A stretch of DNA of 64,000 bases from Selaginella moellendorffii (lineage: Eukaryota; Plantae; Lycopodiophyta): assembly GCF_000143415.4 (NCBI RefSeq), contig NW_003314284.1, positions 1,616,674 to 1,680,673 of the forward strand. The letters run 5' to 3'. Shown in pieces: positions 37,401-50,006 of the stretch. Positions within the stretch are counted from its first letter, which is position 1. Each line of letters begins with the position of its first letter. The notes beneath the pieces were generated by a model. The model was not told the origin of the DNA. It made no database searches and saw nothing but the letters and a program-made list of their open reading frames with translations. Both the position numbers and the translations under genes were made by a program.

Positions 37401-38105
37401 AATTATCAGATTCAAAAATGGGGAACCACAAAAAGCTATACCTCAGAAGAAAATTTCACATCGCCGTGCTTTTTCTGAACCTGAAACATCCACATTTTGC
37501 TTGAATATTCTCGTCTATAAAGAAGAGCTTGGTACCTTGGAGACGAAGTCGGAAACGTCAAGGAGTAAGAGTTTAGCTTCGAAATAGTGAGCCAGAGCCC
37601 TCGCAAGCATCTGCTGGTAGGCCTCGGCACCTCCAAACAAAAGCGTGTTGGCACTCAAGGGAAAAGAGGAGAAAAACGGAAGTCTTACCTGCCGGCCCAG
37701 TCAGGAGTATTGTCCGACTCGCTGGTGAGAGATTTCGCGTATACTTGGAGAACTCCCTTTGCTTGAGGTGAACGTAAGCAGCATTCGTAAGAAGAACTCG
37801 CGTCTGCTCGCTGCAAAACACCAACAAGTCACGCAACGAGAGGGTCAACACAAATTGCAAGTCAAGCAAAGCTCCAACACAAGTGATACATACTTGAGAT
37901 AGTAAGGGAACTCGTCGAAAGTAGCGCCACTGTCCTTCCCATCAATTATCTGGCTCAAGAGCTCCAGCTCTAAGACATCCGGCTGCTGCAGCTGCCTTCC
38001 AGCAGAGGCCACATTCGGGGAAGACTTCGAACGAGCAAGGCCGAGTCCGAGCCCCACACCAAGCCCAAGTCCGATGGTCGACCACATGACATACTTCTGC
38101 TCCAT
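34430..38105 (-). CDS. AAA+ ATPase, MSP1/ATAD1-like plant family with N-terminal membrane anchor, multi-exon
   Basis: [32 protein letters not shown], Walker A GPPGTGKT, Walker [30 protein letters not shown], and C-terminus [15 protein letters not shown]. Confidence 0.93.
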
Positions 38106-39016
38106 TGTTCCTCAGCTAAACAGCACCGGCTGCGTCGAGCAGCAGTCGTAGCAGCTGCTCGCTCGCTTGCTCACTCTCGCTCTCGCTCGCTAGCTAGAAC
38201 TCCTGGAAGAGGGCAACATCTTAGTGTAAGGAAACGAGAATTTAAGCTCGCCCACAAGGTAAAAAAAACGCGAAAACCGCAGAAAAATAGATGCGTGCTT
38301 GCTTGGGAATCAAACTACCTAGTGCTAGCTAAGAAGATCCAACTAGGACCCAATCACCGGGAAGGCAAGTGGAAGTTGCTCGCAAACACTGCCAACCCGG
38401 CGACAGGGAGAGATATCAAACCACTCGGCGATAAAGTAGTGCCAGGGAAAAGGACTATGCAAATGGAGCAAGGAATCTCTAGTTGCCGGGGAAATGACAA
38501 GGTCCGAGACACTAAAAAATATATATGACTAGGGAAATGCGAATCTAATCAAAGAAGGACATGTCCGACTTGCCTGGGAAAAAAACTGGAAAAAATCCGA
38601 TGCGCCGGCACCCTGGCACGCACGATTTACAGACGGGCGTCCTGGCTTGGCGCAAGGGAGAGAATGCGCAAATGCGATGCGACGTGAGAGAATCGGATCA
38701 AGGAGCGCTGACGCTGTTGCTGCTGCTGTGGCGTGATCGGATCGAGCGCATCGGACGCCGGGAGGATGGAAGATTGCCGCTGTCGCCACAGTGATCGCAT
38801 CGCATTAGCAAAGAAAATAAAGAACCCTAAAAGTCTACACTTGCAAAGAAGAGGACCAATCGACGGAATATTGTACGAACCCCGGCGGGGGAATGCGGAC
38901 CAACCACGTGGTAGATTCAGGTATATTCACAACATAGAAAAAGAGTCTACATTGTAGATCGATGAGACGAGTGTAGCGTTTATCTCGTGGCAAATCGATG
39001 GATGACTTTGAAACTC

Positions 39017-40263
39017 TCAATGTGTAGAAGCCCATAGTTGCTGCAAAAAATAATTTTTTTTTTTATGAATCAATTCCATGAGACAAGGAGAACAATGATC
39101 CAGTCAAGAACTTACGCGTCTGCCGGTGAATTCGTCTTTGTTGAAAACGTCGCCGGCTCTGTCTCTGGCATCATACAGGTACTCTGTCAATACTGCGTGC
39201 GTCCGCTGCCTGTGAGCGGCGTGTTCACGCGAGGCCTGTCCAAACGAGGCGAGAGATTGGAAACAATCAGTCAAATCTAGGAACGAGAAGCATCGCAGAA
39301 ACAAAATGGAAAAGGACGAGGAAGCTCTGGTAGCGTACCTGTTTACCTCTCACCAAGTTCTCACGAACTTCTTCTCGATCAAACGCGGGGTAGCCAAGCG
39401 TGAGATTCCTATCCCATTTCTGGATCGAACAAGGAGACCCTCGTCACAAAAACGGGTCTGGAAGAACTTAGGTAGCGTACCGTCTCTTTCGGATGAAATC
39501 TCCCGGCAATGATGTCTTCGTTGTAGTGAGAAATCGGGAATAGCTGCTGGGGTCCTCGTCTGTTTGGCCGGCGCACCAAATCATTGGCATCAATTGTTCC
39601 ATTTATCACGTTTCGCTGCGTCACTGCGGGGAAAATTTTACAAGATCATGGAAATTTTACCGAACGTAACTTACCGGAACAGCGATGGGGGCCAGGAATT
39701 ATGTGCTTCCCGGATGTTCTCTTTGGCGGCGACGAATCTCGGATACGACACTAAACACATGGAAAGAAAAACAAAAAGGAGGTTCCGCTTAAGAACAAAA
39801 TAAACTTTCAAAGAGGAGAAATTTGATACATACTCCACCGTCGACAAAATTGTCGTGATGCCCTTGAGGAAAGTATCTCTTTACAGCATGGGTGATGCAA
39901 AACCTTCGCTTGATGTCAGGAATGGTCACTGAAGAACAGCAAAAAAGACAAAGGAAATTCACAGTGAGAAAGACAGAAACGCAAAATCTTCTGTGAACTC
40001 ACATCCATACGGACTCGCTTGGAATGTAGAGCAAGCAACTGGATCGTAAGCCTGGAGCTCCAGAAAAGAAATCAGAAAGACTTCCCTTTGTTTGTCTTGA
40101 CGACATCAACAGATCGACCAAGACGAGGACGATGACGCGACACATTGCATTCTTCCAGGACTTGGACACTCCAGATTTGAGCGATTTGAGCTTAGCCCTT
40201 CCAGGCGGCTGAGAGAAGCCGTGAGATCTTTCCAAGAGAGACACTTACATGGGATCGCCTCAT
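39017..40263 (-). CDS. Hypothetical ~200-aa protein, 7 exons, no family recognised
   Basis: GT-AG junctions join in one frame: MRRSH|AYDPVACSTFQASPYG|LTIPDIKRRFCITHAVKRYFPQGHHDNFVDGG|CRIRDSSPPKRTSGKHIIPGPHRCS|VTQRNVING...HPKET|KWDRNLTLGYPAFDREEVRENLVRGKQ|ASREH...GRR|QLWASTH*. The short first exon (MRRSH) is the least certain and would make 8 exons. Confidence 0.65.
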
Positions 40264-40526
40264 CGCCGCCCTCTTCAACAAAACGCTTCCGCCCTAAAAA
40301 TGCAATGCCCTTTCGTTTAAACCACAGTTTTGGCGCGCAGCCAGCGTGGCGGGTGACCTGTCTAGCACGTGGCATCCACGTAAGCTTTATTTCAAAGTCA
40401 AACCCTAAAACATCGAGGGAAAGCTCGGCTATGGCGGACAGATCACAGCGCCAATGCATTCCTCATTCTAGGTAGATCCAGGCAAGGCGCACAGATCGGG
40501 GAGAGATTCCGCAAGGAAATGTAAGC

Positions 40527-41930
40527 ATGGCGTCGTCGAAATGGCCCCAGCGCCGGATCATCGTGCTGCTCACCTTCGTGTGCACGGCCGTGTGCTATGT
40601 GGAGCGCACGGGATTCTCCATCGCCTACACGGCCGCGGCCAATTCCGCCGGGATCACGCAGAAATCCAAGGGTAATCTCCTCTCGGCCTTCTTCTACGGC
40701 TACTCCATCTCCCAGGTCCCGGGGGGCTGGGTCGCGCAGCGCATCGGCGGCCGCAGGGTCCTTCTCTGGTCATTCTTCGCGTGGACGCTGGCGTGCATCG
40801 CGACGCCCATCGATCCGCGCCACAACAGCGCCGTGATAATCTTGATCCGGGTGCTCGTCGGCGTCGCGCAGGGATTCATCATCCCATCGGTCCACACCGT
40901 CCTGGCGCAGTGGGTTCCCCCTCACGAGCGATCCAGGTCGGTCTCTCTCACCACGTCGGGGATGTATCTCGGGGCCGCGTTTGGGATGCTCTTCCTCCCG
41001 GAGCTCGTCCATTGGAGCGGCCCCCGGGCGGTCTACGTGATGGAAGCTCTCATGGGCCTCACTTGGGCGATCTTCTGGCACTTCTACTCGACAGATCCGC
41101 CACTCTCGGAGCATCCAAAGGCCTCGGCGGCGGGGTTTGGAGCTCCGGCGGACATCGAGCTCAAGAGCATCCATTCCGTGAAGGCTGGCGAGGAGAATGG
41201 ATTGCTGGCGGCTGCTACGAAAGAGAACTGGAAGAAGGTTGGCGGGCTAGAGATTTCCGCTGCTGCTGCTGCTACTGCTGCTCGATCAAGAACCCACATT
41301 CCTTGGAAGAAGATCCTCCAGAGCTTGCCGGTGTGGGCGATCGTCGTCAACAACTATACGTTCCACTACGTTCTCTACGTCCTCATGAGCTGGTTGCCGA
41401 CGTACTTCGATCAGGGCCTTCACGTCGGCTTGCAACACATGGGAGCCTCCAAGACGATGCCATACGTGGTGATGTTCGTCATGTCCAATGTGGGGGGACT
41501 GGTGGCGGACTACTTCGTGACCCGGAAGATCATGAACGTAGCTCACACCAGGAAGTGGATCAACGGCGTGGGGTTTGTGGTCGCTGCTGCTGGGCTGGGA
41601 ATCATGCCGAAGATCTCTTCCGTCCAGAGCGCGATAGTTTGCTCGTCGGTGATACTGGGATCCTTGGCGCTGGGACGAGCTGGCTTTGCTGTCAACCACA
41701 TGGACATTGCTCCCAGGTACGCTGGGATCGTCATGGGGATCTCCAACACTGCTGGGACTTTTGCGGGGATTGTTGGCGTCAACCTGACGGGATGGATTCT
41801 GCAATCGTCCAGCCAGGGGCCGGCGGATCTTGGCAGCTGGAGGCTCGTCTTCGGGCTTCCGGCGGTTCTCTGTGTCTTCAGCGCCGCAGTGTTTTGTAAA
41901 TACGCCAGCGGAGACAGGGTTTTCGAGTGA
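40527..41930 (+). CDS. PHT4;6: MFS anion/phosphate transporter, SLC17/PHT4 family, PHT4;6 (ANTR5)-like, intronless CDS
   Basis: IVLLTFVCTAVCYVERTGFSIAYT, QVPGGWVAQRIGGRRVL, LAQWVPPHERSRSVSLTTSGMYLGAA and AVNHMDIAPRYAGIVMGISNTAGT. Confidence 0.92.
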   Translation: MASSKWPQRRIIVLLTFVCTAVCYVERTGFSIAYTAAANSAGITQKSKGNLLSAFFYGYSISQVPGGWVAQRIGGRRVLLWSFFAWTLACIATPIDPRHNSAVIILIRVLVGVAQGFIIPSVHTVLAQWVPPHERSRSVSLTTSGMYLGAAFGMLFLPELVHWSGPRAVYVMEALMGLTWAIFWHFYSTDPPLSEHPKASAAGFGAPADIELKSIHSVKAGEENGLLAAATKENWKKVGGLEISAAAAATAARSRTHIPWKKILQSLPVWAIVVNNYTFHYVLYVLMSWLPTYFDQGLHVGLQHMGASKTMPYVVMFVMSNVGGLVADYFVTRKIMNVAHTRKWINGVGFVVAAAGLGIMPKISSVQSAIVCSSVILGSLALGRAGFAVNHMDIAPRYAGIVMGISNTAGTFAGIVGVNLTGWILQSSSQGPADLGSWRLVFGLPAVLCVFSAAVFCKYASGDRVFE

Positions 41931-43289
41931 AACTTCGACAGGTAAGTTTTCTCGCTGCAATGGTTCTTGCAGATTGCTAGAAGCATACTTCGAAATGGAA
42001 ATCATTCTTTTTCTCCAATCACACTTCAAATAGCGTCCAGGTCTATCTTTGCTTCAGAATCTTTGAAAATGTCGTGATCTTTTTTGGGGAAGAGCAACTA
42101 GTTTGCAGAAAGTTTTACCGGCTTTGTACAGATTGCCTTATGAAATCTTGACCGTGAGAGTGCTCTTTTCTCCGACTTAGGTGAATCGTTCCATCAACTT
42201 GATGTATGGGTGCCTGATCTTGTCTGGTTTTTGCATTATAATGGCCGAATTCCACTGGTATTGCTTCATCCCAAAACTCTTTGATGGAGTTCCTTGATTT
42301 GATGGTTGCACTGTAGTCCTATAGTAGGTTGAAGTAGTTGGTAGGCCAGCTCTGCCACATTTAATGTGTCTTCACTTTGTGCTACCCACATGTAATTTGT
42401 TTTCACTTGTGCTACCCACTACCCTCAATTACAGGGGTATATACCTTTCTTCTCAAAGCATATACTAATTCATTTATACTTAGCATCTTTGCTTGAATTG
42501 TTTTATTCTCTTTGAGCACATCAAGAGTAAGTGGTGCAGTAGGATGGGTTGATTCTTAGCTAGATTTTCATGTTTTTCTTTTTTTTTTTTGGGTTACAAT
42601 AAGGGAAATTTAAGTACAATTTTCTTCCTTTTAGGGATTCTTTGCATAGTTAACCCTAGGAGTCAAATGAGTGAATTTCCTTTATTTTGTTTTACTTTTC
42701 TTTGGCTTTACTCACGACTGCAAATCTTATTCTTATGCTTTATTTATCTTCTTTTTGACAAATTGAATGAATGGGTTTGTAAATCTTGTTATTCTCTATT
42801 GTTTGGAATAAAAAATCTTTGGATTTGGCACAAAGATTGTGATAAGCAAAGAGAATTTTATTTTGATGTCCATGAGGTATATTTGCAAACTTACCATAAG
42901 CCACTTTTTTTAATTTTCTTTCTTGCATTTGAATGATTTATCTTTGAGGTTTCTGACAATTGTCTTTTGCATCATTTAATCTTTCTTCTAGTAAATTTCA
43001 CTTACCTTTTATTATCATGGGTTTTGAATAATTTTTTCTCTTTGTCTTGTGATTTTTAAAGGCACTCTCTTGGTTTTTTTTTTCACTTCTAAAAAGATTT
43101 CAATGACAATTTTTTTGAGTAATTTTGGTGCTTTTTTTAATAAAGATCTTATCTCTTTTCGCTCATGTTATTTTTGGGAGGTTTTACACATTTTTTAGCT
43201 AGTATTTTCAATTTTATTTTTGGTTTGCTTAAGCAAACTTATAGGGGGACTGGGATGGTAGTGGATATACCTAGAATATGCTTGGATAT

Positions 43290-43500
43290 TCTAGGATATT
43301 CTACCATCTAACAGTTGTTATTCATTTAGATTAATCTTGTATTTATAATTTATAAACATGTTTATAATTTATAAACTTTCTTAAACCTTTTCTAGTATAT
43401 TCTTTTTTATTCTACCATCTAATGGTTGATATGCAATAAAATTAATCTTGTATATATAAATTACAAACATGCTTATAATTATAAACTTTATTTGATTAAT
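43290..43500 (+). repeat. Imperfect tandem duplication, ~110-bp unit
   Basis: attctaccatctaa...ttaatcttgtat...ataaacttt occurs twice. Confidence 0.6.
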
Positions 43501-43740
43501 TGGATTAATAAGTAATAATAACACTAGTATTAAGCAAACCAAGCGTTGCTACATGCAATGCATTAGAGATTTTTATTGAGCTATTCTAAACTAAGTTTAT
43601 TGTCCCTAGATTGAGATCTTAACATTTGTTTGCTTTAAATATTTTTATGAGAACATTTGTTGATAACAAATTTTTACTTTCTTCTTATATGTTCTATGTT
43701 CTAGTGTTATCTTCAAGTAAATTCAAAAACCTTAGAAGGA

Positions 43741-44466
43741 NNNNNNNNNNNNNNNNNNNNNNNNNNNNNNNNNNNNNNNNNNNNNNNNNNNNNNNNNNNN
43801 NNNNNNNNNNNNNNNNNNNNNNNNNNNNNNNNNNNNNNNNNNNNNNNNNNNNNNNNNNNNNNNNNNNNNNNNNNNNNNNNNNNNNNNNNNNNNNNNNNNN
43901 NNNNNNNNNNNNNNNNNNNNNNNNNNNNNNNNNNNNNNNNNNNNNNNNNNNNNNNNNNNNNNNNNNNNNNNNNNNNNNNNNNNNNNNNNNNNNNNNNNNN
44001 NNNNNNNNNNNNNNNNNNNNNNNNNNNNNNNNNNNNNNNNNNNNNNNNNNNNNNNNNNNNNNNNNNNNNNNNNNNNNNNNNNNNNNNNNNNNNNNNNNNN
44101 NNNNNNNNNNNNNNNNNNNNNNNNNNNNNNNNNNNNNNNNNNNNNNNNNNNNNNNNNNNNNNNNNNNNNNNNNNNNNNNNNNNNNNNNNNNNNNNNNNNN
44201 NNNNNNNNNNNNNNNNNNNNNNNNNNNNNNNNNNNNNNNNNNNNNNNNNNNNNNNNNNNNNNNNNNNNNNNNNNNNNNNNNNNNNNNNNNNNNNNNNNNN
44301 NNNNNNNNNNNNNNNNNNNNNNNNNNNNNNNNNNNNNNNNNNNNNNNNNNNNNNNNNNNNNNNNNNNNNNNNNNNNNNNNNNNNNNNNNNNNNNNNNNNN
44401 NNNNNNNNNNNNNNNNNNNNNNNNNNNNNNNNNNNNNNNNNNNNNNNNNNNNNNNNNNNNNNNNNN
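43741..44466. other. Assembly gap (N run)
   Basis: 726 consecutive N. Confidence 1.
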
Positions 44467-44474
44467 GTTGTGTA

Positions 44475-45095
44475 AATAGTGCATGTGATCATAGGATGAA
44501 ATTTAAATTTTCCTAACCCTGTGGATCCTTAAAACTTGTAGGGATAAATGAAGATAAAATAACCACTAAAGGCTCTCTCATTAAGTAATTGCCCCTTTTC
44601 TAATTAGTTAAAGGGAGAGAAATAAGATGCGCTACATGTGGTATCGAAGCAAATGACACGGGCAAGGTAATATAATATACCTTTGAGCAAAGTATATTTC
44701 TGTTTATAAATTTGAAATTGCATGTATTAGGCATCCATGCATATGTCTTTCCTTTTGGTGGAGTATCCACAGATGAAGATATCCACCGTGGGACTATGGT
44801 ATAGGTGGATGATTAATTGCCTCACATGGAATAATTTGTCTACATAATGGAAGAATTGGTAGATTCAATATAGTTGGCTCAGTAGGGGTTGTTAGTCAAT
44901 AGTTAATGAAAACATTGATATCTTTGAAGGGGGGATGAGTATAACACATGTGATCATGGGATGAGATTTAGATATACTATCACAGTAAATCCTTGGAACT
45001 TTGGGAGATAAATGGGAATAAAATAACCACTAAACGCTATTTTATCAAGCAATTACCCATTTTTGTAGTTGGTTTAAGAGGAGAGAGATGAAATG
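44475..45095 (+). mobile_element. TRIM-like miniature LTR element: ~160-bp LTR, PBS, ~300-bp internal region, PPT, LTR
   Basis: Direct repeats at 44475-44636 and 44940-45095. LTR ends tgcgctaca, PBS-like tggtatcgaagc at 44639, PPT gaaggggggatgag before 44940. Solo copy at 55060-55219. Confidence 0.7.
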
Positions 45096-45899
45096 AAGTT
45101 TTTAGGATTTTGTATTTTCAATATAGTAGCATTAGTTGTAAATATTTTAGCTATCAAGACCCCCATTATTCTTCACCCATGTGAATCTTTTATGGAAGAG
45201 AAAATTAATTAATAGTTAAATCCACCTCTTAAAATTCCAATTCTATTACTTTCACACACTTTATAGGAGCAAGGTTTGTGTCACATAACCATATTATACT
45301 TGTGAATCTTTAGTTGCAATGCTTAATGATGATTTAGCATTAGAAGTATAACTTACTATCACAACAAATACCTCAATAAAATATTATAAACTACCAAATC
45401 CTTTCTATTATAGGTATGTCTTACTAGAAATTTTTCTTAGCTTCTAATAGATTTATAAGTTATAATAAGTAGCAATAGCCAAAAGATGTTAAGTTTTAGC
45501 TTGGAGTTTAAGGACATTGTAAATATTGTGTTTAAGCTCATAACTATGACAAATAAATTTATACTTATTGAGTTTATAAAGGCCATTACAAATGCCTAAC
45601 TAAATTTAGAATAGTTTTTGATGGATTACCAAGACCTTTAACACTTTTTGAAGATTCCCCCACCTCTTATAGAGCTTGAAGTTTTATCCTCCATTCCCAT
45701 AGTGGTGAACATTGGAGTAGGGGCCATCCTTTTAATACTCAAATTAGTTATAACAAATGTGTTGATAAAAAATGGCATAAGCAAAGGAGTTTCTGTCATT
45801 ATTTAAAAACTTTTTAGTTTGGTTTTTGGCATTCCTTTTGATTGCTTACAATTCACTACACTTCTTAATAAGGTCATGCTCTTATGAATGAAAACTAAA

Positions 45900-46165
45900 T
45901 AACTATGAAATAGAGTTAGATATAAAGCCCCTCTAATACCAAATATAATATCAAAATTAACAATTTGTGATTATTTTAGTTAAATAATAGAATTGGATAT
46001 AAGACCCCTCTAATACCAAATATAAGTTTTTGAATTTAAATTCCTAGAAAGTCACCTAGTCTAGTACTACTTAGCTTAACTTTAACTAAATATGCTAAAA
46101 CATTCAACAAATTTTTTAAAAAGTGCATTTTATATATAGATAATTTCCTTTTATATTTAAACCTT
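45900..46165 (-). repeat. Family B LTR/PBS remnant with duplicated PBS-like segment
   Basis: ctctaatacca at 45931 and 46008; downstream sequence collinear with 50-210. Confidence 0.5.
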
Positions 46166-46979
46166 AATGGACAAACTATTCCCTTTTGTTCCTTACACTT
46201 TTTTTCATTACTTTATGTAGCTTTTATATTGGGATTCAGGTTGACTCTCTTTTTATTGGAGTATTTCCCCAAGGTTCAAATAAGTTTTTCGGACAAGTTT
46301 TTATAACTTTCAAGGACTTTACCATTTTAGACAACCATTTCAATTCATCAACATTTTTCTCAAGGGGTGTTTAGTATCAAATTTTAGTTTTCACATTGAC
46401 ACATATACACAATCAAGGCTAAAGGTGAGCTTTGAGGATATTAATTTTCCCCAATGGTGGCATCTACTTAATTGAAACCTTCTTCATGAATAGGTTATAA
46501 TTTTCTAGACTTATATTATAAAGATGATCTCCTTTAAAATTTTAGTCATCTACCAAAAGTTTAAGGCATTTCCTATCTGTTTCTTTAGTCTTTCTCTCTT
46601 TCTTCTTTCTCACTAGTTTTTCTTCATATTTTTTCCACTTTTTCTCTCTCTTTTCTTATTGTATAGTTTGACTCTATCAAAGATTCCAATTAGCTATTTC
46701 CTGGAAACCAGTTAGCACCAAACAGTTACTTGATCTACCTGTGGTTGTCTGTTGTAATACACCTTGAAGAGAGTGAGATTTTAGGAATATTCTAAGAGTG
46801 TGGGAGGATACAGCATAGAAGGCCTATATACCTTTCTTCTAGTGAGATATAGCACCATACACCCATTTATTCATACTTATATATTTACTTAGATCAAGAG
46901 GAACTCAAATATATAAATTCTAGACATCAAGAAAGGAACCATGACTGACATTAATTTGATTCAAAGATTTATAACATGG

Positions 46980-48090
46980 GTCCTATATAATACACTAGAC
47001 TTGCTAGATTAGCCATCACTATTTAATAATTTATTTAGCTAACACACATCATTAATGACTAAGTCTAGAATCTATCCTTATATTATCACCTATTGCTATT
47101 GTTATGTCTAAGCTCAGATTCCATATAGTATCCCCCTTTTAAAGGATGAGGGGATGAATTCAATGGCCTCTATAGCCTAGTTTGCACTTACTTATGTCTG
47201 ATAATAAAGAGAAGAAGAAGAACTAGAAAATAAAAATCAAAAAGGTAGTTATTCAAATCTTCCATTCATTTTAGACCAACTTCCAATCATACAATGATAT
47301 CTCCTTGATTCATAGTTAGAAATACTAACCATAAAAATTCATTCCTATTTGGTATCCTCCTAACTATCTAACCCCACTTTTCTCATGGATATTTGCATGC
47401 TTGCAAGGGAGGAGGACAAGAGGAGGATAAAAAATCACAAGACCTTTTGGTGTGAGAGTCTAGTCACCTGATGTATCTTTAGTACTTGATGTGTCACTAA
47501 TGCCTAGGCCACTATCGCTAGTGTCATCTGTGCTTAAGCTTGTGCCTAAGCATAAAAATAGAATTTAGGGCTGGGTGAAAAGTTGAGCACTTGCATGTTA
47601 CAAATCTTGAATATAAAGCCACATAAAAAAATTTCAACCAAACATAATAGATTTGACAGATTGAAGCCAAGAAGAAAAGATCTTGGGTAAATGAATCTTC
47701 TCACACCCATCAATGATTCAAAAATGCAAACAAAAGTTAACTATAATAACACCTTAATAAAAAAAAACATAAAGCTTGTCATCCCATAAAGAAAGCCACT
47801 ATGAATAAAAAAGGATTAAAGGACTCTAGCAAATAGCAAATTGTTAAGACTCCTTGCTAGAACTCTAGGTTACACATAGACAAAGGAATTTGAGAATTTG
47901 AGAAATGAGCTATGACTAATGTCGATTCAATTTAAAGGTTTACAACAAAGGTCCTAATTTATATAATATATTAGACTCACCAGATCAGTCATCACCATCA
48001 ATAATAATAGTGATAATTATATTTAGCTAGCACACCTTGTGGATGATTAAATCTAGAACCTATCCTTAGAGTATCACTTATTATCCATTG
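46980..48090 (+). repeat. Pair of degenerate ~130-bp direct repeats (46980-47105 and 47950-48090)
   Basis: Both share atttagcta.cacac...tctagaa.ctatcctta..tatcac.tatt. Confidence 0.5.
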
Positions 48091-50006
48091 CCTCTAAGTC
48101 TCATTAGGCTTTTGCCTATTGTATGAGCCTTGATATACAATTGCCTTTTGCTTGAGGCTTATTAAGCTCTTGCTTGTCACTTGAGCCTTGTTAGGCAATA
48201 GCCTATTTCTTGCTTGTTGACTATCATTGAACTTATATACTAAATTATACTCAAACCTTGGTTCATTCTTAAAGTTTGTCAAAGTTTTAAAAATCATTAT
48301 TAAACACTAGTAAATATTTGAAATACATGGTTGAAGCTTGGCCCTTTCACCATAACCCCACATTCTAGCCATAGATGCCCACTAGGAAAGATCCTTTGTA
48401 CCACCTAGCCATTTTATCACATACCCCTAATCTTAGGCAATAGCTATGCCACTCTATTGCCACCCTAGATTCAATGCTATTGCATTATACACATTACCTT
48501 TGTTGCATATTCATTACATCCCTTACATGTCTTGATGCTGGAGGAAGCCTCATTCTACTTTTTCAACCCCATATATAATTGTACCATCATATTTGGAAAT
48601 AAAATAATCTATCCAACAATTCTCAGTACATTCCACAACTTCTTTGAGTGGTGGTAGAGGCATTTAGGAATCTCCCTAAATGCCTCCTCCATAAGCATTT
48701 GCTTCATAGCAATATTGTTCTTGGCCTTCTAAGGGCTCAGTGATTTGAAATGCCACCTTTACATATGATATACTCCAATACTAATCCCTCTTTTGAAGAC
48801 CAAAACTCATCATCCTCTTACTTCTCTTGGATATGAGCCTTGGTCTTGATGGCCTCTTACTTAGATGTTACTACTTTTGCTTACAAGGTTGTAAGTCTCT
48901 ATCTTCCTCTTGAGTGATGGAGGTTTCCTAGCCTCAGCCTCCTATTCATCTGACAACTCTTCCACTAGATCATTGTTGCATGTCTCCCAAAAGAATTCAT
49001 TAATCTACTTATTGAGAAGTATCACATATCCAAAATCCCTGAAGAAAATTGGCATGTACTTCGAAATTAAAGCATACTTAAGAGCAACTTGAGTCTCCTG
49101 CATAAGCTCTTTGTTCCTTGCTAGCAACATCTAGATATCATGGTACTCTTGCTTTAAGCCTAACATTTGTTCCTCAAAAGCAATCCTCCTCTTCATAGCT
49201 ATTGCTATGAAGCTTTTTAGTGCTTGATAGAGTTCCACACTCTCTTCCAAAACAAGGTGAAGAGTAGTATATATTTCATGTGGTCCATTCCTATGGTAAA
49301 ACTCTTGACTAATTCATTGACATAGTTATACACACACCATCTTGGTCTTTAAGGTGAACATATATAAGAAAAGAACTTAGCAATTCATTTTCAAATTATA
49401 TGATTATTGACAGATATGCAATATAACAGTTGAAAGTTGTTCAATGGGAGAAGGATGCATGCTGTTAATGCATAAGATTCTAAAATTTTGCTGAAGAAAT
49501 GTATGCTCTTAGAAATTTTTATGTTATTTATACAATTGTGGAAGTTTGATATGGTACAATGGATGGAATTGATCATAATGAAGTAATTGAGGAAGCACAG
49601 GAAATTCCTAAGGTACACCAATAACAATTAAGGAGACCCTAAGAAAAAACTCTCAACACATTGTGTCAATCGTCATAAAATGCCAAAGTAACTCTGACTC
49701 TCTAAAAACATAGCCCAAAAAATATAACTATAAGTAACAATAAAAATTAATTATAAAAATAACATCAAAATGTAAACATAAATTAGAAGAAACAAATTAT
49801 AAATATCAAGTATATAAATATTTTTTATTTATAATAAATAAAAAACTTATTTATATTACATAGTTTATACTATTAAATAATAAAAATAGTTTTCTTCTAT
49901 GAATTAAACATTTGGCATCCTTAGAGTAACATAATGTAGCTGTTAAGAAGTATTTAGTATTATAAATAAGCAAAGCCATCTTCTCTATATTTTAAGTTTC
50001 TTAGAT

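Noticed and set aside
38529-38789. ORF resembling a plastid transit peptide
   Set aside because: It starts at GTG, has no downstream mature domain and lies where the 5' UTR of the AAA ATPase is expected.
9933-41930. Apparent anion/phosphate cluster (TDT, NPC1, SULTR4, PHT4;6)
   Set aside because: The genes are interspersed with unrelated housekeeping genes and show no shared pathway or motif, so coincidence is sufficient.
43626-44516. Long ORFs spanning the N run
   Set aside because: Artefacts of the assembly gap.
48300-49400. Coding-like decayed sequence on the minus strand
   Set aside because: Multiple stops and no motif I could identify. Probably TE-derived but unsupported.
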